From contig JBLNBU010000227.1 of the NCBI GenBank assembly GCA_050260215.1, positions 593 to 64,592 of the forward strand: DNA of 64,000 bases, written 5' to 3'. Shown in pieces: positions 1-8,834 of the stretch; the stretch's first letter is position 1; each line of letters begins with the position of its first letter. Under the pieces are notes generated by a model. The model made no database searches and was not told the DNA's origin. It worked only from the letters and a program-made list of their open reading frames with translations. A program made the position numbers and the translations under genes. The stretch comes from Actinomycetota bacterium. Its GTDB lineage: Bacteria > Pseudomonadota > Alphaproteobacteria > Rhodospirillales > Magnetospirillaceae.

Positions 1-288
1 GGTGTCGCTGGACGAGGCGAAGGTCTCGCCCTTGGCCTCCAGTTCCGCCTTCAGTTCACGGTAGTTGTAGATCTCGCCGTTGAAGGCGACGACGAAGCGC
101 CCGCACGGGCTGGCCATGGGCTGGGCACCACCGGGGGAAAGGTCGATCACCGCCAACCGGGTATGCACCAGGCCGACGCCGTCGCCCGACCAGGTGCCGC
201 GGCCGTCGGGGCCGCGATGGGCCAGCCGCGCCGCCATGGCGTCGAGAAGGGCGGGATCGGCGGCGGTGGTTCCGGCGATGCCGCACAT
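1..288 (-). CDS. Asparagine synthase (glutamine-hydrolysing) family amidotransferase, N-terminal fragment; gene continues beyond the window edge
   Basis: My reverse-strand translation from ATG 288-286 reads MCGIAGTTAADPALLDAMAARLAHRGPDGRGTWSGDGVGLVHTRLAVIDLSPGGAQPMASPCGRFVVAFNGEIYNYRELKAELEAKGETFASSSDT. This has the Cys2 nucleophile and GEIYNY motif of the Ntn class-II glutamine amidotransferase domain. It is absent from the ORF track because there is no stop inside the window. Confidence 0.85.
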   Translation of the reverse strand, partial: MCGIAGTTAADPALLDAMAARLAHRGPDGRGTWSGDGVGLVHTRLAVIDLSPGGAQPMASPCGRFVVAFNGEIYNYRELKAELEAKGETFASSSDT

Positions 289-293
289 GGAGG

Positions 294-1199
294 TCAGGCC
301 CCGAAGCCGGCGGCGGCCTGCCCAAGCACCGTCACCACCCGCATGCCGAGCTGCAGGCTGGCCAGGTCGTGGGAGCCCGAGCGCACCTTGGCGGCGAATT
401 CGCGCACCGCCGTGGTCAGCGGCAGGTCGCCAGCCACGGGCACGGCGCGACCGTCCAGGGTCAGCTTGTCGGCGGCCAGGTCGTCGTACACCAGGGTGCC
501 GTCGGGGCAGGCCACGGTGAACCGGCGGGTCTTGGCGGCCAGGGTGCCGCAGGTGACGGTGGCCTCGATGGAGCCGAAGCCCAGGGTCAGGCGGAAGGTC
601 TCGCCATGGCCGCCGTCGGGCAGCGCCGGGCGGTCGACCAGGGCGGCGTCGATGCGGTCGGGCAGGGCGCCCAGCAGGTCCAGGCACAGGGCGACGTCGT
701 GGGCGCCCCAGTCCCACAGGATGGGGGCCGACAGCCGGCCGATCAGGTTGCCGGCCCGGCCCTCGACGGCCCGCGGGCCGCCCAGGGTGGGGACCAGCTG
801 CTTCAGGCGGCGGAAGGCCGGGCTGAACAGGTGGGTGTGCTCGACCATCACCAGGGCGCCGGCGTCCTGGGCGGCGGCGAACAGCCGGCCGGCCTCGTCG
901 GAGTCCAGGCACAGCGGCTTTTCCACCAGCACCGGCAGGCCGGCAGCGACGGCGGCAAGCGCGATGTCCACATGGGTCTCGGGCGGCGAGGCGACGATGA
1001 TCCCGTCCAGGTCGCCGGCCGCCACCAGGTCTTGCCAGTCGGCCGAGACGACGCAGCCGGCCGGGACCAGCGCGGCAGTCTCGGGGTTGCGGCTGGCGAC
1101 GCGGGCCAGATGGATGTCGGGGGCCAACTGGCCCAGGGTGCGGATGTAGATGCGGCCCCAGCGACCGACGCCCACCAGGCCGAGGCGCAGGCCGGCCAT
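294..1199 (-). CDS. Gfo/Idh/MocA family NAD(P)-dependent sugar oxidoreductase
   Basis: 301-aa ORF. N-terminal Rossmann motif LGLVGVGRWG and family EKP motif (PVLVEKPL). ATG at 1199. Confidence 0.85.
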   Translation of the reverse strand: MAGLRLGLVGVGRWGRIYIRTLGQLAPDIHLARVASRNPETAALVPAGCVVSADWQDLVAAGDLDGIIVASPPETHVDIALAAVAAGLPVLVEKPLCLDSDEAGRLFAAAQDAGALVMVEHTHLFSPAFRRLKQLVPTLGGPRAVEGRAGNLIGRLSAPILWDWGAHDVALCLDLLGALPDRIDAALVDRPALPDGGHGETFRLTLGFGSIEATVTCGTLAAKTRRFTVACPDGTLVYDDLAADKLTLDGRAVPVAGDLPLTTAVREFAAKVRSGSHDLASLQLGMRVVTVLGQAAAGFGA

Positions 1200-1207
1200 T
1201 CCCGGCC

Positions 1208-1909
1208 TCAGCCGAACAGGCGGGCCAGGCGGGCGCGGACGATCATGGCCAGCACGCCGACGATGTGCCAGGCCTTGATCTTCTTGCCTTCGCCGTACGA
1301 GCGGCCGTGGTAGCCGATGGGAACCTCGTAGAACACCCGGCCGTTGCCCACCGCCTTGGACAGGATCTCGGCATGCTGCTCCCAGCCGCTGGACTGCAGC
1401 GCCGCCCCGTCGACCAGGTCGCGCCGGTACATCAGGTAGCAGGAATAGATGTCGGTGAAGGTGGTGTTGTTCATCACGTTGAACAGCAGCGTGATGAAGC
1501 GGTTGCCCAACAGGTGCCAGAAATAGAACACCCGGGTGCAGTCGGGCGCCAGGAAGCGCGAGCCCATGACCACGTCGGCGCCGAAGTCCAGCACCGGGCG
1601 CATCATCTTGGCGTAGTCGGCGGGGTCGTATTCCAGGTCGGCGTCCTGGAACAGCACGTAGTCGCCGGTGGCCGCGGCCAGCGCGGTGCGCACCGCCGCG
1701 CCCTTGCCGCCGTTGGGCTGGCGGATCATGCGGTCGTAAAGCTGCGGGTTGGCTTCCAGCAGCCGGGGCGTGTCGTCCTTCGAGCCGTCGTCGACCACCA
1801 CGATCTCGATGTCGACGCCGTCGATCTTCTGGGCGCGCACGCGCGTCAGGATCTCGACGATCGTCTTCTGCTCGTTGTAGACGGGGACGACGACGCTCAG
1901 GCGGACCAC
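1208..1909 (-). CDS. Glycosyltransferase family 2 (GT-A fold)
   Basis: 233 aa. Motifs VVVPVYNE, VVVDDGSKDDT and QDADLEYDP (DxD). GTG start lies 1 nt after the upstream stop. Confidence 0.85.
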   Translation of the reverse strand: MVRLSVVVPVYNEQKTIVEILTRVRAQKIDGVDIEIVVVDDGSKDDTPRLLEANPQLYDRMIRQPNGGKGAAVRTALAAATGDYVLFQDADLEYDPADYAKMMRPVLDFGADVVMGSRFLAPDCTRVFYFWHLLGNRFITLLFNVMNNTTFTDIYSCYLMYRRDLVDGAALQSSGWEQHAEILSKAVGNGRVFYEVPIGYHGRSYGEGKKIKAWHIVGVLAMIVRARLARLFG

Positions 1910-1910
1910 G

Positions 1911-2972
1911 TCACATAACCCCGGTATAGACCCGGTCGGCCCAGCCCAGGAAGCGCTTCAGGCCCTCTTCGAGCTCGATGCGGGGCTCGAAGCCCAGCTG
2001 CAGGCGCGCCTTCTTGATGTCGGGGCAGCGGCGGTTGGGCTCGTCGGCGGGATAGCTGTCGGGGTATTCGATGACGTTGTGCTCGACCTTTTTCTTCAGC
2101 ACCTTCTCGATGCGGTGGACCAGGTCGACCATGGAGATCTCGGGCTTGGGATTGCCGATGTTGTAAGGCTCGCCGGGCACGCCCTTCAGCACCACCAGCA
2201 GGAAGCCGATCATGGCGTCGGTGATGTAGCAGAAGGTCCGCGTCTGGTTGCCCGAGCCGTAGACGTTGAGCGGCATGCCCGCCTTCAGCCGGTTGGCGAA
2301 GTTGGGCAGCACGCGGTAGTCGGTCTCCTGCATGCCCGGCCCATAGACGTTGAACGGGCGGATGGTGTTGGTGTGGGTGCCGAACTTCTCGTGGAAGATG
2401 TGGCACAGGGTCTCGCCGACGCGCTTGCTCTCGTCATAGCAGGCGCGCGGGCCCTGGCACGAGACGTTGCCGCGATAGCTTTCCTGGGTCGGCACGTGCT
2501 TGGGATCGGGGTCGCCGTAGATTTCGGACGACGAGAAGAAGGTGAAGCGGGCGTTGTGGGCCTCGGCCACCTCCAGCATGTTGCGGGTGCCGCGCGCCGC
2601 CACCTCGAGGGTCTCGAGCGGATAGGCGCGGTAGTAGAACGGGCTGGCGATGCCGGCGGCGTGGATGACGTAGTGGACGTCGTCTTCCCACTGCAGCGGC
2701 TGGATCACGTCGTGCTGGATGAAGGTAACGTTGGGCAGCTCGGGGATCTCGGCCCCTTCCTTGCCGGCGGTAATCAGGTTGTCCATGGCCACCAGGCGGC
2801 ACGGCTTGGCCAGCACGTGCTCGTTCAGGTGGGCGAAGATGTCCATGAAGTAGCGACCCAGGAAGCCGCGGCCGCCGGTCAGCAGCACGGTCTTGCCGGA
2901 GAAGCCATGGGCGGCCTCGCCCAGACCGGCCACGATCTCGGCGATGTCGGACTTGAGGAGGAATTCGGCCAT
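1911..2972 (-). CDS. Extended SDR NAD-dependent epimerase/dehydratase, UDP-glucuronate decarboxylase (UXS)-like
   Basis: 353 aa. Motifs LLTGGRGFLG, SSSEIYGDP and GPRACYDESKR (catalytic YxxxK). Confidence 0.8.
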   Translation of the reverse strand: MAEFLLKSDIAEIVAGLGEAAHGFSGKTVLLTGGRGFLGRYFMDIFAHLNEHVLAKPCRLVAMDNLITAGKEGAEIPELPNVTFIQHDVIQPLQWEDDVHYVIHAAGIASPFYYRAYPLETLEVAARGTRNMLEVAEAHNARFTFFSSSEIYGDPDPKHVPTQESYRGNVSCQGPRACYDESKRVGETLCHIFHEKFGTHTNTIRPFNVYGPGMQETDYRVLPNFANRLKAGMPLNVYGSGNQTRTFCYITDAMIGFLLVVLKGVPGEPYNIGNPKPEISMVDLVHRIEKVLKKKVEHNVIEYPDSYPADEPNRRCPDIKKARLQLGFEPRIELEEGLKRFLGWADRVYTGVM

Positions 2973-2976
2973 GGCG

Positions 2977-4221
2977 CTAGACTACCTCGACGCGGGGAAG
3001 GGGAACGATGAAACGACCGCCGGCCTGATGGAAGGCGGCGTTCTTGGCGATGATCGACGGCGCGAAGTTCCACGCCAGGATCACCAGGTGGTCGGGCTTC
3101 CTTTCGGCGATGGCCGAGGAAGGCAGGACGGGGATGTGCATGCCCGGGGTGAACAGCCCCTGCTTGAGCGGGCTGTCGTCGACGATGAAGTCGACCAGCT
3201 CCGGGCCGATGCCGAAATGGTACATCAAGGTGGTGGCCTTGGCCGGGGCGCCGAAGCCGGCGATGCGCTTGCCCTCGGCCTTCAGCCGGGTCAGCAGGCC
3301 CTTCAGCTCGGTCCCCACCTGGTTGATGTCGGTGGCGAAGCGGCGCAGCCTCTCGGGCCGGTCCAGGCCCAGGCGCTCCTCCTCGGCGACGGCGTCGGCG
3401 ACCGACTGGCCGACGTTGCGGGGGCCGCCCATGGGCTGGGCGACGGCGCGCAGGGAGCCGCCGTGCGAGTCGACCCGGATGGCCTCGATCAGCTCGAGCC
3501 CGTGGGACTTGAGGAAGCCGATCAGCGGCTTGACCGAGTGGTAGTCCAGGTGCTCGTGGTAGATGGTGTCGAACAGGGTCTTCTCGACCACGTCGACCAG
3601 GTAGGACACCTCGAAGACGAACACGCCGTCGTCGGCCAGCAGGGTGCGCACGCCGCGGGCGACGTCGGCCAGGTCGTCGATGTGGGCGAAGACGTTGTTG
3701 GCGGTGACTGCGGCGGCCTTGCCGTGGCTGGCGACGATCTGGGCGGCGGTGGCCGAGCCGAAGAAGCCGCACAGGGTTTCGATGCCGGCTTCCGTCGCGC
3801 GCCGGGCGATGTCGCGGGCCGGGTCGATGCCCAGCACGCGGGCGCCGCGATCCTTGAACTTGGACAGCAAGGTGCCGTCGTTGGAGCCGATGTCGACCAC
3901 CAGCCCACCGGCGGCGACGCCCAGCGGGCCCATGACCTGGGCGGCGTAGTCGTCGAAATGCTTCACGAACACCGGCGAGGTGCCCGAGACGTAGACGTAG
4001 TCCTCGAACAGAAGGCGCGGGTCGACCACGTCGAGCAGCTGCACATGGGCGCAGTCGTCGCAGAAGAATATGTCGAGCGGGAAGCGTTCCTGCGGCTGGC
4101 CCAGCTTGGCCGCCGGGACGAAGGCATTGGCCGGCGGGGTGGGCGCCAGCGACAGCACCGGCTCAAGCCGGGTGCTGCCGCACAGGCGGCAGGTGGAGCG
4201 GCGGCGGCAGGCGGCGCTCAT
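2977..4221 (-). CDS. NDP-hexose C-methyltransferase (TylC3-like): zinc-ribbon + class I SAM methyltransferase + C-methyltransferase C-terminal domain
   Basis: 414 aa. N-terminal CRLCG...CDDC four-Cys motif, SAM motif VVDIGSNDG, and a long C-terminal domain ending in ILAWNF. Confidence 0.75.
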   Translation of the reverse strand: MSAACRRRSTCRLCGSTRLEPVLSLAPTPPANAFVPAAKLGQPQERFPLDIFFCDDCAHVQLLDVVDPRLLFEDYVYVSGTSPVFVKHFDDYAAQVMGPLGVAAGGLVVDIGSNDGTLLSKFKDRGARVLGIDPARDIARRATEAGIETLCGFFGSATAAQIVASHGKAAAVTANNVFAHIDDLADVARGVRTLLADDGVFVFEVSYLVDVVEKTLFDTIYHEHLDYHSVKPLIGFLKSHGLELIEAIRVDSHGGSLRAVAQPMGGPRNVGQSVADAVAEEERLGLDRPERLRRFATDINQVGTELKGLLTRLKAEGKRIAGFGAPAKATTLMYHFGIGPELVDFIVDDSPLKQGLFTPGMHIPVLPSSAIAERKPDHLVILAWNFAPSIIAKNAAFHQAGGRFIVPLPRVEVV

Positions 4222-4223
4222 CC

Positions 4224-4742
4224 CTACTCCGGCTTCCAGGAGGTCAATCCCTCGGTGGCCAGCAGGTCGATGCGCACCACGTCCGCCTCATAGGCGGCCT
4301 GGTCGCGGGAATTGCGCGAGAGCGTGAGGAAGGTGCAGTCCTCGGGGAACACCATGCCGTGGTCGACCATGGGCGGGGTGAACACCATCTCGCCGGCCTT
4401 GACCAGCATCCGGGTGGGCGCCTCGGTCGAGCCGGTGGGGCGGTGCCAGTACTCGATGGTGCCCTTGATGACGTAGCAGTAGTGCCAATCGGTCTTGTGG
4501 TAGTGGTTGGCCCGCAAGGACCCGGCCTTGGACTCGATCAGCACGGCACTCTTCATCAGGCGGTCGACCAGCGGCTGGATCGAGCCGCGGGCGTCCACAT
4601 AGGCCTTGTCCAGCTTCACCACCCGGTCGAAAGGCGGCCAGCTGGCCTTCTCCTCTTCGGTGACCGGCTCGATGTCGTGGTAGTGGTCGTGCTTGTCGCA
4701 CATGCTGGGCATTCCTATGACGTTCATCAGGGTTCTAACCAT
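4224..4742 (-). CDS. Cupin-fold sugar epimerase/ketoisomerase (RmlC / WxcM-FdtA-like)
   Basis: ORF-track 4224-4760 starts at TTG. Internal ATGs lie at 4742, 4727, 4712 and 4703 (the last has AGGA 9 nt upstream). Cupin signature LRANHYHKTDWHYCYVIKGTIEYW. Start is uncertain. Confidence 0.6.
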   Translation of the reverse strand: MVRTLMNVIGMPSMCDKHDHYHDIEPVTEEEKASWPPFDRVVKLDKAYVDARGSIQPLVDRLMKSAVLIESKAGSLRANHYHKTDWHYCYVIKGTIEYWHRPTGSTEAPTRMLVKAGEMVFTPPMVDHGMVFPEDCTFLTLSRNSRDQAAYEADVVRIDLLATEGLTSWKPE

Positions 4743-4777
4743 CCCGCCTAGCCATTGCAAGCGCCAACGGGCTGTCG

Positions 4778-5500
4778 TCAGGGGCGACGGGCCAGGACGA
4801 CCACGTTCTTGCCGAACGGCGTCGGCAGCACCGATTCGATCATTTCGGTAACCGGGTGGACGAAGCGGTCGTAGAAGCGGATCATCCGCGGCTTGAACTC
4901 GGTCTGGCCCATCCAGGTGTTGAACACCAGCCAGGGCACCACCCCGATCATGTCGACGTAGCGGGCGTCGACCACCTCGAAGCCGGCACGACGGACCTGG
5001 GCCGCCAGTTCGTCGCGATGGTAGCGGCGGAAATGGCCGTGCTGGCGGTCCAGCTCGCTCATCAGGGCGCGCAGCGCCGGCACGAACAGCAGCAGGTGGC
5101 CGCCCGGCGCGGTGGCGCGGAACAGCCCTGCCAGCGCGTGGTCGTCGTCGCGGACGTGCTCCAGCACGTTGACCAGCACCTGGGCGTCGACCGAGGCGGG
5201 CGGCAACCCGTCGACGTACTGTTCCAAGAGGGCGTGTTGGACCGTGATGCGCGGCTCGTCGGCGAAGCGGGCGCGCAAAAGCTCGGCCAGGTTGGCGGCG
5301 GGCTCGACCAGGTCCAGGCGGTCGGCGAAGGGCAGCAGCCGCTCCGAGATCGAACCGGCGCCGGCACCGTATTCGATGACGTGGCCGCCGAGGTGCGGGC
5401 GGAAGAAGCGCACGATCCAGTCGTAGTAGCGCCGCATCTGCCCCAGGACTTCCAGGTCCGAGCCCTCGTAGGCGTGGCCGGCGGTGTGGTTGTCTGTCAT
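4778..5500 (-). CDS. Class I SAM-dependent methyltransferase
   Basis: SAM motif VIEYGAGAGS. ATG 5500 is preceded by GAAGGA and lies 8 nt after the upstream stop. The alternative ATG 5527 would overlap the upstream gene by 19 nt. Confidence 0.75.
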   Translation of the reverse strand: MTDNHTAGHAYEGSDLEVLGQMRRYYDWIVRFFRPHLGGHVIEYGAGAGSISERLLPFADRLDLVEPAANLAELLRARFADEPRITVQHALLEQYVDGLPPASVDAQVLVNVLEHVRDDDHALAGLFRATAPGGHLLLFVPALRALMSELDRQHGHFRRYHRDELAAQVRRAGFEVVDARYVDMIGVVPWLVFNTWMGQTEFKPRMIRFYDRFVHPVTEMIESVLPTPFGKNVVVLARRP

Positions 5501-5508
5501 GGGGTCCT

Positions 5509-7392
5509 TCACGGCTTCAGGTCGCATCGGGGGGACTGGGCAGTCAGGCGCGCCACGACCCAGCGCTGGGTGTCGGCCCCCATGGTCTGGATGGTGCGCG
5601 ACCGCGGCACCCGGCTTTCCAGCTGGGCCTCGGCCGCCGCGCAGCCATGGGCGACCAGCGCCAGGGTCAGCCGCTCGGCCATGTCGTCGGTCGAACCGGT
5701 GTCGGGCACCGCCGCGTGGGTGATGCCCAGGGCCTGCAGCTGGGCGAAAAAGCGCGGCTCGGTGGCGCCGAGGTCGAGGTCAACCTGCGACTGCAGCCAG
5801 TTGTGGGCGTAGAAATAGGGGACGTCCAGGTAATAATTGATCGTCCGCGTGGTGTTGAACAGCCGCTCGCCCGGGCCGAGATGGGCATTGGCCCACTCCG
5901 CCACCTGGTAGTCGGCGACGTTGCGGCGCAGCCAAGCCTCGCGCGATTCACCGGACGCCAGGTGGCGCAGCGGCTGCCAGGCGAACAGGCCCGCCGCGGC
6001 CATCTGCAGTGCCAGGGTCGCCGCCACCGCCACCCTGGCCGGACGACGCCAGCCGTCGGCGGCGACCGCTGCCAGCAGCGGCGCCAGGACCAGCGGATAC
6101 AGCGGCAGCAGGTGGCGCAGCCGTTGCGACGACGGGATGAAGAACCAAAGGCTGTAGGCCACCAAGGCCACCATGGCGGCTGCCGCCAGCGGACTGCCCG
6201 CCAGGCGCGCCCTGGCCCGCCAGGCGCCGGCAAGGGCGAACGGCGCCAGCAGCAGGCCGAGCGGGCCCAGCCCGGTGCGGGTCGACTGGAACTCGGCCGG
6301 CCCGCCCAGCGTCGCCACCACCGGATAGGACAGCCACCAGCGCAAGCTGGCCGGCACCGCCAACTCCGCGGCCATGCCGGACAAAAAGCGCGCGTGGGTG
6401 ACGTCGTCCCACAGGCCCGGCTTGTAGGGGACCTTGCCCCACAGCATGGGATAGAGCGGATCGCCGGTGTTGGCCCAGTTCCACAGGTACCACGGACACC
6501 CGGCCAGCGCGGCGACCGCCCCGAACGCCAGGGCGCGCCGCAGCCAGCCGCGCCGCGACAAGACGACCAGGCCGATGGACGCGGTGAAGATCAGCCCGGT
6601 GTATTTGGACGCGATGCAGAAGCCGGCGGCCAGGCCGGCGGCGGCGGCCCAGCCGAGGCGGCGGCTCTCGCCCAGCGCGCGCACGGCCAGCCACACCGCC
6701 GCGGCCATGAACATCGCCATGCGCACTTCGATCTGGCCGCTATAGGCGCCGTAAAGCCACGCCGGCGTCGTCGCCAGCAGCAGGCACAGCAGCAGGGCGC
6801 CCTGGCGACCCAGCGCCGGGCGGGCGGCCACTCCGATGGCGGCGACCGCTCCCCAGGCCGACAGCCACGTCCACAGGGTCATGGCACGCTCGCCGCCCAG
6901 GCCGAGGGCGGCCAGATAGGTCATCTGGTTGAGCAGCGGCACCGCACCGTCCAGGCCGCGGGCCTGGAACACCGGATGGCCGGCGGCCAGGAACAGCTTG
7001 GGCAGGGCGAAGTGATAGGCAAGCGAATCGGCGTCCGCCGGCGGCACCAGCACCACCGCCAGCCCCAGAGCCGCCGCCACCGCCAGTCCGGCGGCAAGCA
7101 CGCGCTCGCCCGGCGACAGGGGCGGTGCGGCCGGTCCCGGACCGGCGTCGCGCAGGAAGACCATGCCCGCCGAGAAGGCGGCCAGCAGCACCAGGATGGG
7201 CACGGCATGGAAGCCACCGGCCAGGCCCAGGGGGAAAATGGCCCAGCCGACCAGGCCGTAGCCCAGCGCGAAGGCCGAGGCCCAGCGTTCGGCGCGGTCA
7301 AGGTCGGCGGACAGGCCTAGCACCCGCAGCGCCGCGGCCCCGCCGCCCAGGCAGGCGGCGGCCAGCAGCAGGGTGGCCAAGGCCGCGGTCAT
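5509..7392 (-). CDS. Integral-membrane glycosyltransferase, GT-C fold (ArnT/PMT-like), predicted to depend on polyprenyl-phosphate-sugar
   Basis: Many hydrophobic spans in the N-terminal ~400 aa, an acidic first-loop motif PPADADSLAYH, and a soluble C-terminal domain. Paralog of 11093-13012. Start placed at ATG 7392, which forms an ATGA overlap with the stop of the 38-aa ORF. The ORF-track start 7473 is an upstream extension. Confidence 0.7.
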   Translation of the reverse strand: MTAALATLLLAAACLGGGAAALRVLGLSADLDRAERWASAFALGYGLVGWAIFPLGLAGGFHAVPILVLLAAFSAGMVFLRDAGPGPAAPPLSPGERVLAAGLAVAAALGLAVVLVPPADADSLAYHFALPKLFLAAGHPVFQARGLDGAVPLLNQMTYLAALGLGGERAMTLWTWLSAWGAVAAIGVAARPALGRQGALLLCLLLATTPAWLYGAYSGQIEVRMAMFMAAAVWLAVRALGESRRLGWAAAAGLAAGFCIASKYTGLIFTASIGLVVLSRRGWLRRALAFGAVAALAGCPWYLWNWANTGDPLYPMLWGKVPYKPGLWDDVTHARFLSGMAAELAVPASLRWWLSYPVVATLGGPAEFQSTRTGLGPLGLLLAPFALAGAWRARARLAGSPLAAAAMVALVAYSLWFFIPSSQRLRHLLPLYPLVLAPLLAAVAADGWRRPARVAVAATLALQMAAAGLFAWQPLRHLASGESREAWLRRNVADYQVAEWANAHLGPGERLFNTTRTINYYLDVPYFYAHNWLQSQVDLDLGATEPRFFAQLQALGITHAAVPDTGSTDDMAERLTLALVAHGCAAAEAQLESRVPRSRTIQTMGADTQRWVVARLTAQSPRCDLKP

Positions 7393-7505
7393 CCCACCAC
7401 CGCAAGGATCGGGGCCAGCAGCGGCCGAAATTGCGCCAGATAGAGGACCAGGATCACCGCCACCCAGCCCCATCCAAGCAACTCGGACAGGCGCGGGGAT
7501 TTCAT
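7389..7505 (-). CDS. 38-aa single-pass membrane micro-protein (hypothetical)
   Basis: Translation MKSPRLSELLGWGWVAVILVLYLAQFRPLLAPILAVVG. Its ATG overlaps the GT2 stop (ATGA at 7502-7505). Its TGA overlaps the ATG of the GT-C gene (ATGA at 7389-7392). Confidence 0.45.
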   Translation of the reverse strand: MKSPRLSELLGWGWVAVILVLYLAQFRPLLAPILAVVG

Positions 7506-8242
7506 CGCCGCCCGCCCATCAGCCGTTCCAGCCCCAGGCCGATGACGAAAATGGGGCTGATCATCTTCCACCAGTCGACCACGGGCCGCATCTTGGTGTT
7601 GCCGACCTTCTTGGGCGGATAGATCTTGCTGACCGGGACCTCGGTGGTGCGATAGCCCAGCTTCAAGAGCTTCATCAGCAGGTAGACTTCCAGCTGGTAG
7701 GCGTCCAGCCACGCCAGGTCCAACTCGAGGCGCGGATCGTCCAGCACCCGCACCTTCATGGCGCGGTAGCCGTTGGTGCTTTCCGTCACCCGGCGGCCGC
7801 AGAAGAAGCTGACCAGCAGGGGGTGCAGGCGGGTGGCCAGCTTGCGGTAGGCCGGCATGTCTCCGCCATAGGCGCCGCCGGCCAGATAGCGCGAGCCCAT
7901 GACGAAGTCGAAATCGGCGTCGCAGATGGGGTCGAGCAGCCGGGTGATTTCCTCGGGCGCGTCCTTGTTGTTGCCGGCGATGACCACGACGATGTCGATG
8001 TTGCGGCGCCTGGCCTCGGCAAAGCCGGTGCGGATGGCCGCGCCCACGCCCATGACGGCGCCCAGCGAGATGACCTCGGCGCCCTGGTCGCGGGCGGCCT
8101 GGGCGGTGCCGTCGGTCGAGCCGTCGTCAACCACCAGCACCACGTCGACGATGTCGCGGGGGACCCGCCGCACCACCTCGCGGATCTTGACCTCTTCGTT
8201 GTAGGCCGGTGCGATCAGCAGGACCGTGCGAGACTTGTACAT
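7502..8242 (-). CDS. Glycosyltransferase family 2, polyprenyl-phosphate glycosyltransferase-like (GtrB/DPM1-type) with C-terminal membrane anchor
   Basis: From MYKSRTVLLIAPAYNEE. Motifs VVDDGSTDGT and a C-terminal hydrophobic WWKMISPIFVIGLGL. ATG at 8242; the ORF-track start 8332 is an upstream extension. Confidence 0.8.
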   Translation of the reverse strand: MYKSRTVLLIAPAYNEEVKIREVVRRVPRDIVDVVLVVDDGSTDGTAQAARDQGAEVISLGAVMGVGAAIRTGFAEARRRNIDIVVVIAGNNKDAPEEITRLLDPICDADFDFVMGSRYLAGGAYGGDMPAYRKLATRLHPLLVSFFCGRRVTESTNGYRAMKVRVLDDPRLELDLAWLDAYQLEVYLLMKLLKLGYRTTEVPVSKIYPPKKVGNTKMRPVVDWWKMISPIFVIGLGLERLMGGRR

Positions 8243-8829
8243 CCGTCGCGGCTTTCCTCGTGGTAGGCCTCGCCGCAGGTCGGGCAGCGCCAATCCTTGC
8301 CGGCAGCATCCAGGCGCTGGCCGCAGCGGCACACCCAGCCGGCGAAGCGGGCCGGAACCCCCATGACGAGGGCATGGGCCGGCACGTCGGCGGTGACCAC
8401 CGCGCCGGCCGCGACCATGGCATAGGTGCCGACGGTGATGCCGGCGACGATGGTGGCGCGCGCCCCGATGCTGGCGCCCTTGTCCACCCGGGTGCGGGCC
8501 AGCCAGCCGTCGGGCGCATGGTAGCGCGCCGCCACCGCCGGATGATCCATGCGCGGGCTGCGGGGATTAAGGTCGTTGGTGAAGGCGCAGCCGGGGCCCA
8601 GGAAGACGTCGTCGCCGACCACCACCCCGTCCCACACCATCACCTGGTTCTTGACGGTGACCCGGTCGCCCAGGACCGCGCCCGACTCGATGAAGGCGTG
8701 GTCGCCGATGTTGCAGTCGCGCCCGATCTTGGCCGCCTTCATGACGTGGGCAAAGGCCCACACCCGGGTGCCTTCGCCGACATCGGGGCTTTCGCACAGG
8801 GCGTTGGCGTGGACGAAGACCCCGGCCAT
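8215..8829 (-). CDS. Left-handed beta-helix (hexapeptide) sugar N-acetyltransferase, WbpD/WlbB-like, with C-terminal four-Cys tail
   Basis: From MAGVFVHANALCESPDVGEG. Repeated hexapeptide pattern, then a tail CRCGQRLDAAGKDWRCPTCGEAY. The 3' end overlaps the GT2 start by 28 nt. It is the C-terminal part of the spurious 539-aa ORF-track entry. Confidence 0.8.
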   Translation of the reverse strand: MAGVFVHANALCESPDVGEGTRVWAFAHVMKAAKIGRDCNIGDHAFIESGAVLGDRVTVKNQVMVWDGVVVGDDVFLGPGCAFTNDLNPRSPRMDHPAVAARYHAPDGWLARTRVDKGASIGARATIVAGITVGTYAMVAAGAVVTADVPAHALVMGVPARFAGWVCRCGQRLDAAGKDWRCPTCGEAYHEESRDGCTSLARSC

Positions 8830-8834
8830 GGCGT

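Noticed and set aside
59-85. A 27-nt exact DNA repeat CGGTAGTTGTAGATCTCGCCGTTGAAG at 59-85 and 29336-29362. There are 23-nt and 21-nt partial copies at 15617-15639 and 60607-60627 (reverse complement).
   Set aside because: This is not a mobile or structural repeat. All copies encode the conserved FNGEIYNY motif of the four AsnB-family paralogs, under strong GC3 codon bias. It could still be a substrate for recombination between paralogs, but I see no evidence of that.
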